Shown here piece by piece: positions 14,581-29,836 of a stretch of DNA of 63,097 nucleotides (position 1 is the stretch's first letter; every line of letters starts with the position of its first letter). A program made the position numbers and the translations under genes. Origin of the DNA: Bigelowiella natans CCMP2755 (taxonomy: Eukaryota > Protista > Cercozoa). The notes beneath the pieces were generated by a model that saw only the letters and a list, made by a program, of their open reading frames with translations, was not told the origin of the DNA and made no database searches. The stretch spans positions 1-63,097 of the forward strand of contig ADNK01000426.1 of assembly GCA_000320545.1 (NCBI GenBank), given 5' to 3'.

Positions 14581-15245
14581 TTGGTACTCCTTCTAAGCTT
14601 CAGGACTATCGTAAGATTAAGGTGGGAGGCATCACAATCAGCTTTTCCTTGGGCTTTAAGTATAGGCCATTGTAATTGCCGAAACGCCCAAGAAACCTCC
14701 TTCATTGTGACACACAGATTCCTTGCCTACACACGAATAAAGATCGATTGATTGATTGATTGATTGGTACAATAGATATCAGCAATAACAACATGGAAGA
14801 TCCCACGATTGCATCACACTACCAAGGCCGCCACACTACATATAGCATCAGCATCATCATCATCATCTCTTCCTTCTCATCATTTCTCTTTATCGTATTA
14901 CATAATTTGTATATGTAAAGCTGGTATTTTACATTTAATCCTTTCTCTTCTACGGATGTACTACGACTGCTACTACTCTACTATTACTACTACAACTTCT
15001 TTTTAGTTGTCAATCAGAATGATCATTACTACCTTTATTCTCATCGTTGTTCCATGCATATATGTCTGGATTTGATCGCGACTCACCTATTATAACAGCA
15101 GCAGCAGCAACAACAACAACAACAATTGTTACTACCTGCTCTTGAGGTCATAATAGATGATGCATTTGTGATAACCCCTTGAGTCATGGTTGATGTATTT
15201 TACAGCAGCAGTAGTAAGTAGTAGCAGCCACAAGTATGTTACATC

Positions 15246-15279
<34 letters not shown>

Positions 15280-16560
15280 TATTATTATCTCTACCTTAAG
15301 ACCGGAAAGATCAATATTTCCTACTTTGAACCAGTAAGCATTATCACTAGAGTTTCTGTATAGAAGGAGAACAAGAAGAAGAAGAAGAAGAAGAAGAAGC
15401 AGAAGAAGAAGAAAAATAAGGAGGACGGGGAGGAGGAGGAGGAATATGATGTTGAAGTTTCAGCTTTGTTTGTGCGTATGTGTGTTTGTGTATATATGTA
15501 TGTATGCGTATCCGATAATACGTCGTCGTCATCGTCAGCAGTAGAAGGATTATATTAAAATCTAGGAATGGTGCACTAATACCCTTCAATATCAGGGATT
15601 TTGAGGTAAGGCAGCCGAGCCAACAGGGAGTCGAATACAAGTGAAATCAACTGATTATTATGGTTATTATTATCATTATTATTGTTATTATGTGCGAAGA
15701 CAACACATCTACAAAAGCAATATATCAGTTGTTCTATGGTGAGATCTGAGAGAAACATCGTGCCCACCAATGACCCACATATTATCAACAAATATTGGTG
15801 TGTGTGTGTGTGTTTGTGTCTGTGATTAGTATCTAAGAGCGCATGATAACTTTGTACTGCTACTACTACTACTACTACCTTGTTTTTAGACTCTAAAGCA
15901 TCTATCGTAACTGACATTGCTCGTTGTACCATAACGGCTTGTTGGGGCTTTACAACCCCTGATCATTGATCAAAAGATGATGATGATGCTGATGATGATG
16001 ATACGATTGAGTCGTTGGAAAAAAAGAACAAGAGGAAATAGAAAGAAGAAAAAGAGAATAATCAATCACGGCAGCATTTTCTTCCAGCTATTTCCCTTTT
16101 TATAATCCTGCAGCAACAACAATAACAACTACTACACTACTACTACTATTACTACTGATACTTATCCTTCTTCATCATCATGATCTTCTTCATTTTTGTT
16201 CATGCTGCTAATGCTGTTTCAGTGATACTATTTCCTTGCTTCCCTCCTCCCTCCCCACAATAGGTCTCTTTCATCGCCTATCTCTACTAAACACTACCAT
16301 AAACATCATCTGCATCATCTTCAGCAACATCATCAATCTGCTACGACTACATACCAGCAAATGAGAGCAAGGAGATTCCTCCTTCTATCAAAGATTTATT
16401 CTCTGATATCATCACTCTTGCACCCTTTAGCGACACCACCAAAACCATGATCGATAGTAGCAAGAGGAAGAGTAGGAGGAAAAGGAGGAGGAGGAATGGC
16501 ATGACTTTGATTGGGTGATTCAGTTAGATTGCTCTCTCCCTTCACTGAATTCAACATCAC

Positions 16561-16599
<39 letters not shown>

Positions 16600-17087
16600 A
16601 TCTTTCCCCTTACTACTACTACTACCACTACTATTACATAGTACTCTCTAGAGATGGTGGTGGTGGTGATGATGATGAGGATAATGATGATGATTCTGAG
16701 GTGGAAATTATTAGTGACTTGTTGTTCCCTCTCTCGTCGATTTGCGTTAATTTGTTGAATGATGATAAAATTGTGTTATTTTGTTGGATGGTGATAAATA
16801 TGGAAAATGCAGGAGATCAGTTGACCCCTCCTCACCGTTATTCCTCTACTACCCAAACAACTGCTTTAGAGGGGGGTTAATTGTACGACGACTCTTCTTC
16901 TATAATCTTCTGTCAGCTTACCTTTGCAGCTTGAGGCAACAAAGAAAAAGAAGAAGAAGGACTAGCCTGAAACATAATAAGGAAAAGATGATGATGAATG
17001 ACCCTTAGTTTGATAATATCGTAGATAGTGTTCTATTGCGCTGTAGCAGTAAGCAGCGACGGCAGTAGTACTTACGCTATGATCTAT

Positions 17088-17122
<35 letters not shown>

Positions 17123-17953
17123 TATCATCGTATTTAGTACCGATGTCGTCGTCGTCATCATCCGAGATCGAATCAATCTTGCACCGTCTCGCAACTATAG
17201 ATGATCATAACAACAAAATACTAAATTCAGATCTCCAAAAACAGCAACAGTTGTAGCTTTCTATGTGTGCAATTTCCTACCAGGTCATGACAATCTTTTG
17301 GTGATGATGGCGAGGATGATGGTGATGATGATGGTGATGATGATGATAGCAACCTCTTTTCCCATGGAATGAAGTTGAGTCGCAAGAGATGTTGTTCTTT
17401 CTTCAAGTGCTGTAACACTTTCTGCTAATAGCTTTTTAACGGAGTCACCGTCTTTATATCATAATAACGTTGATAACAATAATAAAAAATGACAAGAATT
17501 AAAGATATAATAAAGATAGTTCGGAACGGTGATTGAGTGACTACTACCAGCAGTAGCTATTCAAAGATGCTAATGATGATTTTCATCAATATCATAATTA
17601 TCATCAATCAGAACTACTTCCTAGACTACTTTTGCTGTAGTATATAATGATGATGATGATGATGATGATGATAATTCGGTGTAGAAGTTAATACTAACAT
17701 CACAACACACTATGTAGTATTCTGCTAGTACTGCACGTGTAGTAGTAGTAGTAGTAGCAGCAGCGATTAAGTATTGACTACTGTTTGCCTAAGTAATGGC
17801 ACTATATTGATAATAATACATGCCTCTACCTTTTGAAGAAGTTGTGGCCATCATCGAGGAAATCATGGTGTTCTTTACTTCCAGAAGTGTGCGCCTCACC
17901 TTAAAAAGTAGGAAAGAAATTCGAGTCAAGTAGGCTATTTGTCGTCTACTTTC

Positions 17954-17987
<34 letters not shown>

Positions 17988-19535
17988 CGATGACGGCAAC
18001 AACCGCCACTGCTACTACTACTACTACTACTACTAGCACTAGCACTACCAGTACACTTTTTAAGAATACCCTATTCAAATTTTGGAGCTGAGTCTTAAGT
18101 TCGGTTTGAGTTACGGACAGCACTCCCAGTTGTTCTTGTTGCTGCTGCTGCTGTTGTTCTCCTCCTCCTCCTCCAGGTTTTTGTTCCAAGTGGTGTAGAG
18201 ATGACGCTAAGATATTGTCCACAGCGGCCATTGTGCTGTTTGCTTTGACGTGCATGGATGATATGCTGTGGTATTAGTAATCGATTATAATATCACTTAC
18301 TTATCACCTGTGATTCAGTCACATCGACCGACATCTCCGTGGTCATCATTATCATCATCATCGTCGTCATCATCATCAATACGACCATTACCTGTCCGTA
18401 AGTTTTTGAATGAGATCTGTTATGCTTGCTCCTGGAGAGGAGGAGGAGGAGGAGGAGGAGGAGGAGGAGGAGACGTTGTTGTTGTTGTTGTTGTTGTTGC
18501 TCTTATTGTCTTGATGCTGCTGCAGCAGCACATTAGCTCGTAATGTGACTTTACGAATGCTTTCTACCAGCTTTAAAATCTTTTCTCCAGTGTTATTATC
18601 ATCGCTGTAATTAATGTTATTTATAGTCAGTATTATCATCAGATCATTTGTTGTTCCTCTCCCTCTTGATGAACATGAAATAAGGAGATCATCAGGCAAA
18701 AGGAGGAGGAGGAAGAGGGGTGACATAATTACTACTCGTTGTTGTTGCCTCCTCCTCCCCCACTTCCTTTTTTGGTGCTTCCTTTGGTAGGACTGCTGCT
18801 GCTGCTGCTGCTGCTATTGATAAATGGTGATGCTAAATCGTGGAATAAGGCCTTTGCATCTTTAATGGTTCCCCATCTGGCATGGAACATCACACAAATA
18901 ATGCACGCACAAAGATGAGAGGGGAAGGAGAAGCAACAGAAGTATCAATATCTTCCACAATTATTCATCATTATCGTCGTCATCATCATCCTCATTCTCA
19001 CAAGCGTATTTTTTTCATAACGACTCTCTATCTCTCCCTCCTACCCCTCACGAAGTAGGCTGAGAAGTGGGTCATCGTTGTTTTTAAGTAATGATGAGAA
19101 TGGTAGGAAAGAGGAGAGATTAGCTCCACTCTGTTGTTGTTGTTGTTGCTGCTGCTGCTTGAGTAAAGGCTGGAAATCGTTGTTCCCAAGACCGATGCCT
19201 ACTGTGACTTCACCGTCGAGCTCATCAATAAGGGATTGTAGCTCTTGTTGTTTTGCTATAGGATCCTCAACGATGTAGGCAATTGGAAAAGGTACACGTG
19301 CAGATTTAAACAACTCACGCCATGTTGTCGGTTCAGCGGGGACACCTGTCAGTAGTATACAACATATAATATGATATAGAAGAGGGTGATGATGATAATG
19401 ATGATGATGATGATAATGATGATGATGATGATGATGATGATGATAACAACAATCCCCACCTGCAATTGATATCAACTCATCACCCTCTACTACTCCGTCT
19501 ATTTTAGCTTGACCCTGTAGTTGTGCAGCAGGTTT

Positions 19536-19618
<83 letters not shown>

Positions 19619-21134
19619 GAAGAAGAAGAAAGAACCACTGTTTAGAAGAAGAACACAACAATGCACACACACAATGACACAGCAAACACACCGAATAATC
19701 ACACACATACATAGGGGTGTGTGTTGTAGGAAAAGAGGAGGAGGAGATCTTGGTTTTGTGTGATGATTTATCTTCTACTACACATGAATGGTGTGTATTC
19801 ACTAATACTATTACCTTGACCTCCTTGACTCTAACAGTTCCAGGAACAATGGAGAAACCATAAGGTTTCTTCGAAACTATGCGTACGACTACACCATACC
19901 TCGAATCACTTAGGCCATTTATATTATCTATGCTGCGCGCTCCTGTTGTTTTGCGTTTTCCTCTTCCTCCTCCTCCTCCATTATCCGTACTATCATCGAC
20001 TTCGTTGTCACAGCATGGCGACACGACAACCATCTGGTCCCCACCCTCCATCCCTTCCTTCGCTTCTGTAGCTTCCACTACGATGGGGGGGGATTGTTGT
20101 TTCGCAGCCTTCAAGATTATCGTTGGGTATTGGTAGTAGCAGCAGCAAATAAGACAGACGAAAGACGTGGAGGAGGAAAAGGAGGAGAAGAGTTAACTTC
20201 GATTTGATTAGTGGCGAGTCTGAAGATAATATTGCCAAATCTCTAGACGTTTGTTGTTGTGATATATAGATAATTATTGGCATGTCGTCATCATCCTCAT
20301 TATTATTGTTATCATTGTCATTATCATTGTTGTGATCATCTGCATTATACATTCTCCTCTTCCTCCTTCTTTTTCTTCTTATCTCGAAGCATTGTAATCC
20401 TGAAAGGGCATCGAGCAGCCTGAAGCAGCATATATTCGTTTGTCACAACATATCAGCTGCTGGGGGAAAGGGTAAGTGACTGATTGATTGATTGGGCAAT
20501 TGATGAGTATTATCATAGGAAGTAAATCGGGGAAATGATGATTACTATTTTGCGATGAAAACAGTAAAATGATGATATTGTGCATTACAACGACATCATC
20601 ATCATCTTCCTGCTGCTGGATTACAATTGCTGGGTACTACTACACCAATGTAAAAGGTGAATAAGAGGAGCTCACCGTGTAGTAGTCTTTCCAATTTTTG
20701 GGGGTCACAATAACATCGTTGATCTTAACCAGCTCGTCCCCCACCTGCGAGCAGAGAGAATCATTAATCATAGGCCGTAGGTAGTAGCACATCATTATAT
20801 CGTACTGCCTGTGGTGGCGTTGACGATGAATGATACACTCTTTCCAAACCTCATATGAACTTATTTTCTCTGTATTGACTCATTATATTTTATCAATGAT
20901 AATATACATTTTGTTCGGGGCAAAGACTTTAAAGGCAATCAATTATTTCGAATGAGTATGAATAAACCTCTACTGCAACAACTAAAACTACTACTATTTG
21001 GTTGCTACTACCTCAATGCCCATCACAACTGCAGGACCCTTAACTGCATCGACCTTTAACGAGCCAGCGTACACTCTCATTCCCAGAGGCTTTGAGACGA
21101 CGGTGAATGTCACATGCTGATACTTCTTCGACAT
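13222..21134 (-). CDS. large multi-exon protein: two PDZ-like domains, low-complexity linker, C-terminal TULIP/BPI (HAM1-like) lipid-binding-like domain
   Basis: ATG 21134: MSKKYQHVTFTVVSKPLGMRVYAGSLKVDAVKGPAVVMGIE|VGDELVKINDV (PDZ1). PDZ2 reads IVSKKPYGFSIVPGTVRVKEVK|GQAKIDGVVEGDELISIA|GVPAEPTTWRELFKSARVPFPI. C-terminal exons are LLARLPYLKIPDIEG, WAFRQLQWPILKAQGKADCDASHLNL and KLKMKITSSSVSWVANTILWLFNESLRKYVQSEIERTIND. Likely stop at 13222. Confidence 0.65.
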
Positions 21135-21704
21135 GGCACTAAGATATTAGTGAGAGGGGCTGCTGGCTGCTGATGTGTGCAGATGCTACTTTATTTTGTA
21201 GCAAGAAGTGTACTAATTGACAACGGACAATAACAAGAGGGAACTGGATGCCTAGCAGCCTACCGTCACGTGTGCGGTTGGTCGTGGTTAACACGCTTTT
21301 GCTCCGATGGTGTACGCTCTTACGTCTTACGTGGAAAGTGGGTTCCGGTCTGCAACTATAGGAGGGAGGAGAGCACCTCTTTTTATGACCGAAGTGCTCA
21401 ACAGCGACATGCTTTCCACATGGAGAAGGAAGGGGAATTCCCATGAGCGACAACATACTTTCCTCCACCTCGTACGAACAAGGGGAAATTCGAAGAACGA
21501 CATGATGTTATGTCACACTCCTCCACCACTGGTGAGGGGAAATTTCGAAGAAGGATGTGCGTGTCCATCAGAAATTTCATGGAACAATTGATGGTGGCTA
21601 TTTTTAGTGTAAAGTTGTGATTTTGGCATGTCGCACTCTCAATATCCCCCCACTCTGTGCTCTCTCACCTGCACCCACCACGATCGTGATTGCTCAACAC
21701 AGCG
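21135..21704. promoter_or_regulatory. putative bidirectional promoter (PDZ gene / NFX1)
   Basis: A microsatellite-free gap of about 570 bp separates head-to-head ATGs at 21134 (-) and 21705 (+). Confidence 0.45.
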
Positions 21705-23994
21705 ATGCCCCCCCGTCGTTGGGTGGTAAAAGGGACAGCTGACAACAAAGATAAAGGTAATGGCAACCCCCGTAGCCCATCAGAACAGGATAACATATCA
21801 GTAAGGGCTAGAAATGGAAGTAGGCGGACAAGAAAATCTAAAAAGAACCGTGGAGAAGGAGCTGTTGCTGGTGACAATTCGAAGGCAATAAATGCTGACG
21901 CCAATCGAAGCAATGACAAACAGCAGACACTACCTAATGGTCCTCCTCGACGCAAAGGCAGAGGGAAGAAAAAATATAGAAAAAAGAAGAGCATGGATGA
22001 TAAAACGGAACAGAATAAACAAGCAGCTTCTGGCCCCTCCTCCTTCTCCTCACCATCATCCGAAATGAAACATCGTCGTAAACAAGGAACTCCAACGACT
22101 ACGACTCTTACGAAGGGTCTTTACGCAGGTCAAAGCACCAGAGGAAAAATGGTGCAGGAAAATAAGGCGAAGTGCAGGGGGGGGGGGGACAACACCATAA
22201 AAAATGATACCAATAACAGTGGTCTAGCACGAAGAAGGCCGAAATTGAAGCAGGAGCAGCTGCTATCCATTGAAAATGAAAATAGTGATTTATTCGGAAC
22301 TATAATTCCTACTCTAGAACGAGAAACTAAATCAGAAGGAAAAATTAAAGTAGAGTTGGAGGATAACGGTGATATAAATGGATTGATAAATCAATTGGAA
22401 CTGGAAACGTATTCGTGTGCAGTTTGCACGGACCCTGTGAAGAAGAGAGCTTCTATATGGTCATGCTCGCGCTGTTTCGTGATCATGCACCTTAAATGTG
22501 TCAGAAAATGGGCTATCTCTACGATTCCCAAAGAGGAAGACGACGGCGACACCAAGGTTGTTGATCAGTCAACGTACAGATGGCGCTGCCCTGCATGCCA
22601 GTATTGGGTTGGGGGAATACCAAGAGCGTCTAAGTGCTTCTGTGGGAAGGTTAAGAATCCACAGCTTAAGTCATTCTTGACACCTCATGCTTGCGACAAG
22701 ATATGCGGCAAAGACCGGGGTTATGGATGCAGGCATCGTTGCAACCTTCCTTGCCATCCAGGTAAGTGTCCTCCATGTCACCACTTTAAAAAGGGCAGTT
22801 TCAGGTGTGCTTGCGGGAAGACAGAATTCAAACTGCGTTGTGGACAAGATGGAAACAACACGCGGTTGTGCGGAAAGAGCTGCAACAAAACTTTGCCCTG
22901 CTTTAAACATCAATGCGAACGTAAATGTCATTCCGGGTCTTGTGGGCAGTGCCCCCAGAAAGAGGAGCAGCAATGTTTTTGTGGAAAAGAGCACAATTCG
23001 TTGCGTCCTTGTGGAAGTGGCATCTTTGATACTCAGGATGGCACCAAGAAATTCTCATGTGGAAAAGTATGCGGGAAGCTATTGGCGTGTGGAAAACATC
23101 GATGCACAAAGACCTGCCATGCCGGTGCCTGTTCTCCTTGCTCACGTTCCCCGGCATCATATACTATAGGGGAGGGGGAGGGGTCGGTAAAACGTAAGAT
23201 AAAAGAAGGGGAGGAAGAGAAAAAGATCGGCATGGGTGTTACTGGTAATGGTCAAGGGCAGAAATGTGCGTGTGGGCAATCAGTATCTTATAGTCCTGAA
23301 CATTTCAGGAAGACGTGTACTGACCCCATTTGGAGCTGTGGTAAACAGTGTGGAAAACAACTTTCGTGCGGACATAGATGTCAAAGCACTTGCCATGATA
23401 GTTCTTGCCCCCCGTGCAAAATACCTGTAAGAGTGCGGTGCCGATGTGGTATGGAGGAGAAAATGCGGCCATGTCAGTTACAACGACGACTGCTCGCTGG
23501 TGGAAAACATCATATAAAGGAAAAGAATAGAGTTATTATTGAGGGTAAAGATCATGATGAGAAATGGAAAGACAAGAAGGACGATGATGATGCTGATGAG
23601 GATGATGGCGGCGTCTTCTTGTGTTTTCGCAAGTGTCGATCATGGTTATCTTGTGGAAGACACAAATGCAATCAGAAATGCTGTTTAGCAGCTCAACTAG
23701 CAAAAGAGCATCCTTCTCATTATCTTACACACCGCTGCCAACGTACTTGTGGCAAATTGCTAGACTGCAAACGTCATTCTTGCCCAAATCCCTGTCACTC
23801 TGGAAAATGTCCTCCATGCTCTCATGTGCTAGAAGATGGCTTGATGTGCCCGTGTACAAAGACTGCCATTCCAGGCCCTATCACCTGCGGAAGGTACAAG
23901 CTGCCTAAGTGCAATCATCCATGCGCCAAGATCAGAAATACGTGTGGCCACAAATGCCGGTACTAGCGTATTAGATGACGACGACAACAACATT

Positions 23995-24027
<33 letters not shown>

Positions 24028-24051
24028 GTGATGATGATTGTGATTTGTAGA

Positions 24052-24087
<36 letters not shown>

Positions 24088-24194
24088 CTACGGATATGAC
24101 TTCTAAATGCATGTTATGTGTGCTTCTTCCTACGTGTGTAAGAGAGTTGAAATTGATGATTGTCATGGTAGCAGCATTTATTAGTTATTTATTC

Positions 24195-24230
<36 letters not shown>

Positions 24231-24488
24231 GCTGCCATTATGATAACTGCTTTTATTATTGTTATTATCATTCATTGTTATAGATCGAAATGTCACCCAG
24301 GCCCTTGCCCTCTCTGTGTAGAACTTGTGTCCAAAACATGTGCGGGTGGTCATACTGTAATGAAAGCACAAGTGTGTTTCAAGCCCCCTCCCTCGTGCGG
24401 AAGGCCATGCGGACGTATGCACTACTACTACTACTAATACTAATACTGATACTGATACTTCTACTGCTGGATGATGATGATGATGGTT

Positions 24489-24523
<35 letters not shown>

Positions 24524-24675
24524 AGGATAGGATAGGATAGTTGTTGTCTCTAATCCAAAATCCCCGTTATTTTCCGTTATTTTTATTATTATTACTACTA
24601 TGTTGTCGTCATACCACATCATCATCTACTTGAAACAACACTAATCTTGTTGCTCCTTCTTTCTTCTCTCCTCTT

Positions 24676-24741
<66 letters not shown>

Positions 24742-25175
24742 AGGTATACGTCGTTGCAAGAACCATAGGTGTGATCGATCATGCCACGTTGGCCAATGTT
24801 CAGAAGCAAAGCAAATCACAAGAGGTCCTCTCCCTCGTAGAACACTAACTGCCTTCTCTCGTCTCCTCCTCCCCCCTGATTCAAAGAAGAAGAAGAAAGT
24901 AAAAGATGCGTGGGGAAGTAGTAGTAGTAGTAGTGATGACGACAACGACGACGACGATGGTGGCGATGTTGTTCATAAGAACAGCAATGGACGAGGAGGA
25001 GGAGGTGAGGTGGAGGAGGAGGAGGAGGAAAAGGTGTGGTCATGTGGTAGAAAATGTGGTATAATAAGAGGATGTGGACATCGATGTGACGCTATCTGCC
25101 ATCCAACTCATCCCTGCCCAGCTCTACCGTGTAGATATAGGTAATGGTGATAATCATAACAAATGTCAACCTCTT

Positions 25176-25215
<40 letters not shown>

Positions 25216-25875
25216 TGTAGATAGAGATGGAATAACACTGGTACATTATTTAGGGTAAAAATAAGTTGTCAATGCGGAAGGATTACACGCGAAGTAGTCT
25301 GCGGTTTTACAAAGATGAAGGACGATAATGCTGATGATGATGCTCTCAATAAGAGACCGGCAGGGGCTCCTACTTGTGATGAAATCTGCAAGAAAGTGAG
25401 GGCAATAACCCACACATCCTTCTCCTCCTCTTCCCTTCCTCCTCCCCCTCTTTTTAGAGTAGAATATTAATATCGTGAATGAATAAAATGGATGCTTGCA
25501 ATTGAGCGGTGCATGCAGCAAGGGATAAGGAGAGGAGGAGGAGGAGGAGGAGGAGGAGGAGGAGGAGATGGATGATATGGTTACATGGTACTAATCGTCA
25601 TTATTGCGACGATATATTATTAATGCTAGTTGGGCTTTCTTTTGTTCTTTCTTTCTCCCATTATGAACGAATGATGGAATAAACAAACATAGGCTGAGCG
25701 TAATAGAAAGCTACGACTAGCCCTTGATCTTGACGAAGACGGTGAGTAGTAATGATTGTGACGATGATGCCAAGGAAGAGGATGAGCAATATTACAATAT
25801 AACACCATCATCACCGATCGTTGTCAGTTAAAAATGAAAGATTTTAAGTGTTCTTGTTGTTATTATATTTTATGT

Positions 25876-25919
<44 letters not shown>

Positions 25920-26055
25920 GCGGTGGTGCTTATCATCCTCATCTTCATCATCATCATCATCATCACCAGGCAAAGCAGCTAATGCAGTGGCATCTCTTCC
26001 GTAATAAATGATCAATATATGGCCAACATAGTTATACTAGCAGCAGTAGAGCAAC

Positions 26056-26091
<36 letters not shown>

Positions 26092-26397
26092 GTTACAACA
26101 TCACTCAGCAGTGCATAGTTGTTGTATCTGCCCCTCTACTGACCCCAATGTTGTAATAATATAGGTTCCCTGCCGATTTGCTTTCATTGCTCTCTAAGTC
26201 GTCTCCATCGTATGTTAGCAGCAGCAGCGCAATACACGAGAGATAGGCAGATCACAACAAAAATTACGGAGATATGTGTGTACGTGCACACACACACACG
26301 CACACACACACACACACACACTTGTACATGATGATGAAATAGTGGAGAGCGTTGCTAACGACTGCTAGTAGCAGTAGTACTAGCATGAACGTGGGTA

Positions 26398-26440
<43 letters not shown>

Positions 26441-26755
26441 TATGATAATGATAATAATAATAATAATGTATTAGTAACAAAAACAATACTAACAATAACA
26501 ATAATAACAAGGTTACTGAGTTTCATGGAGAAGATTGAGAAAACATTGGAGGAATTCATCAAGTAAATGGACCTGCAAAAGCAGCTGTTATTGCAATTAT
26601 TATTATTATTATTATTCATAACTATTATAGTTGTAGAAGCTACCAGTTACATCATCATTGAACAAACATACGGCAGCATCCATCATCCATACGCATTTGC
26701 CACAACATTCATGTTATTAGTCATCATGATCATCACAGAACGTATATATGTTATG

Positions 26756-26800
<45 letters not shown>

Positions 26801-26855
26801 GAAAGAGAGGGGGGGGGTTGGGGAGGGGTCCTTGTAGAGTAGATAAGTTTTGCAG

Positions 26856-26886
<31 letters not shown>

Positions 26887-28562
26887 ATAGCTTTTGCTAC
26901 TTCATATCCCATCATATACTCATGATAACATTACCCGTCGTTATGTATATTTGTGCTGTGCTAACTTTATGTAATACCGATTATATGATCATCGTTGATA
27001 GAAATGATTCTTCTCCATCTTCCACCATGTGGCTGGTAAGTTTCATGAAACCATCATCATCAATGTTGTTACGATGGGTTTCTCTCTTCTTGTTGTTCTT
27101 CTTGGCATCTTGATTTTGTTATTATTAATCGTTCTTACTAGCAAAGGAAAAAGAGAATACGACGATTACAAAACCGTTGATTGCTCTTTGTGCTGCTACT
27201 ATTTGTTCATGGGTTGTTTGGTCTTTTCTGTGACTCATTCCTACTTCTGCCTCCTCCTTCTTCTTCTTCTTCTTCTTCCTCTACTATTACTACTACTATT
27301 ACTGGCCTCATCAGCCTACAATGGCCGCACCAAAACGATGGATTGTGCATTGTGTTGCGGTTCCAATGTCTCTTGAGGTACTAGAGCTATACAAGAATAA
27401 GTAGAGAAGAGAAGAAGAACAGCTTCCATTAATACTACAACTATAATATGATAAATTACTTCTGATTCTTTCCTCCCTTGTTGATCGTCCTCCTCATTTG
27501 GAACCCTACTACTACTTCGTTACGTTATGTTATGATATGTTTGATAATTATTGTAGGTAGAATCCGGTGTAGCGATTCGTTTGAAAAACCGTCGCACTAC
27601 AACAGCAGGAAGATCTCTAAAGGCGTGTAAACAATAGGAATGATAAACATACGTATGATGATGATGCTGGTTATCATGATGATGATGACGATGATGATGT
27701 GTGTAGGGGAGGGGGGAGGAAAGAGGAGTTTGAATCTGATCTGTCTTTGTATTTGTCTTTGTCTTTGTTGTGATATATTATCGTATTCTGTACATTCAGA
27801 TTACTAAATCATACATGTCCACATTGGCCAAAATGCGTATCTCAGTGGTAGTAACCTAATACTCGATTGATAGATTTATTAATGGATCTCACACATTCTT
27901 CGATTAAGAAAACGATACTACCTGCAACCATCAAGCAAAATAAGAAGGACACACACACACACACACAAACATGCAATTTAAGAATTGATGATGATAAGGT
28001 TATTGCGTATAGAGAACTAATAGTAGTAAAAGTAGCAGCATAATTTCAGTATGAAAGTGGTGATAATGCTGGTAATAACTGACTGACTGACTGACTGACT
28101 GACTAAAGGCGGTGAGGCGATATCGTACCAACCCAAACTATGTAGAAACCACACCAGAAGATCAGCTAGTACGACTTCAAGGTGCTGCTGCTCAAACTAC
28201 TTACTACCACGCATGCTGCAGGAACGCAACACACAGCACACAATACTATTATAATGCTAAGTTATCTTATTCTTACTTAAGCAAATAGTAGCATTATCAT
28301 CATCATCATCATCATCATCATCACCATCGATCAAATTCTCAGCATCATCAGTCATCTACTACTCACTCACTTACTCACTACTGCGTTTGATCGTCGCCTA
28401 TTCACTTTAAGGATTGGATGCTGCTAATATCACTGCCCCCGATTTGAGATCATATTTGAAGCATTTTGAAACAAAGTCATCAGTCTTTACGTTGGGTGAG
28501 TAGTAGTAGTAGTAGTAGTAATAGTAGCGAGGAGCTTATTCCTACTATTATTCTAATTACAA

Positions 28563-28597
<35 letters not shown>

Positions 28598-28895
28598 AAG
28601 TGGTTATCATCAAATGCCTTCTTTCTTCATCGTCGTATGGTTATGACTACAACAGCACTTTAGCTACTTGGATGATATTCGAAAGCAGACTTCCTAGCGT
28701 CATTTGGCATAATATCACTGAATTATTCAATGAAAGTGGTTGGTTGCTTGGTTCGATTGATTTGTTATCAAATGGTGTGATGAATGCATATAAAGGAGAG
28801 GGTAGGGCGGTTCTAGCTTTCACGAGACCATCAGTAGCTATGGAGGCTGCCAAGTTGCTTCGCACAAGAGGATTGTGAGCAAAATAATAACAATC

Positions 28896-28928
<33 letters not shown>

Positions 28929-29404
28929 GTGAAATAATAGTTACAACTGCTGTTAGAACATAAAAGAGACCGATCATCACAATATTATGCCCTCATTTTG
29001 AGGACGACGGCGACATCATATTTCGACGTAGTATACTGAATGATACTAAGGGATATATTCAATATCAAGATCTAAATGTTGTTATTCTGTTTACTATTAT
29101 TATTTAAAGGGATGCTACCACCGTGCTGATATCAGCGCCATCATCATCATCATCACTTATGGGAGGACGTAGGAGAGCACGGCGAAGGAGAAAACAGCAA
29201 CAAGAGGTAATCTTATGACAAAGTAGTAGACACCAAAGTTATCGTTTTGGGTCGCTGTATTATCTTTATTATTAATATGAATTTTTAATTATTATTACAA
29301 TTATTCGTCGTCATTAGAAGTTGCTGTGTAGTTGTAGTAGTTGTAGTAGTTGTAGTAGTATTTGTTGTTGTTGTGGAACTTTGCTGGTATATTATATATG
29401 TGTA

Positions 29405-29446
<42 letters not shown>

Positions 29447-29700
29447 GTGCTTCTTTCATCAGAAATGGGATGATGACGACGAGCAAGATAACACTACAAG
29501 TGGAGTTTGGTCATGTCCAAGATGCACATTGATCAACAACCCAGTTGCTACTCAATGCCAAGCATGCCAAGCGTCAAAACCGCCATCCACAATAAACCAC
29601 AACAAGAAGCAGCAGTATCCGTGGTCTTCTTCTTCTGAGGTGGTTCTTGTTCTTTAATAACCCACTTGCAACATGCTTGACAGCAAACATATTACGGCAC

Positions 29701-29734
<34 letters not shown>

Positions 29735-29836
29735 TAGGTGAACGAATCTGGAGGAACTGTGCGAAGAACGAAGACGAAGGTTCAGACGAGCAATCCATGG
29801 GAGCTTTTGACGACAACCAAAAGCAGTACCGACTAG
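21705..29836 (+). CDS. NFX1: NF-X1-type zinc finger protein (RING/PHD, NF-X1 repeats, R3H-like region, C-terminal RanBP2-type ZnF)
   Basis: CAVCTDPVKKRASIWSCSRCFVIMHLKCVRKW...WRCPAC RING/PHD, followed by many CG.H.C...CH.G.C..C repeats. PTMAAPKRWIVHCVA is R3H-like and WSCPRCTLINNPVATQCQACQASKP is a RanBP2 finger. The last exon VNESGG...SNPWELLTTTKSSTD ends at TAG 29834-29836. Confidence 0.92.
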
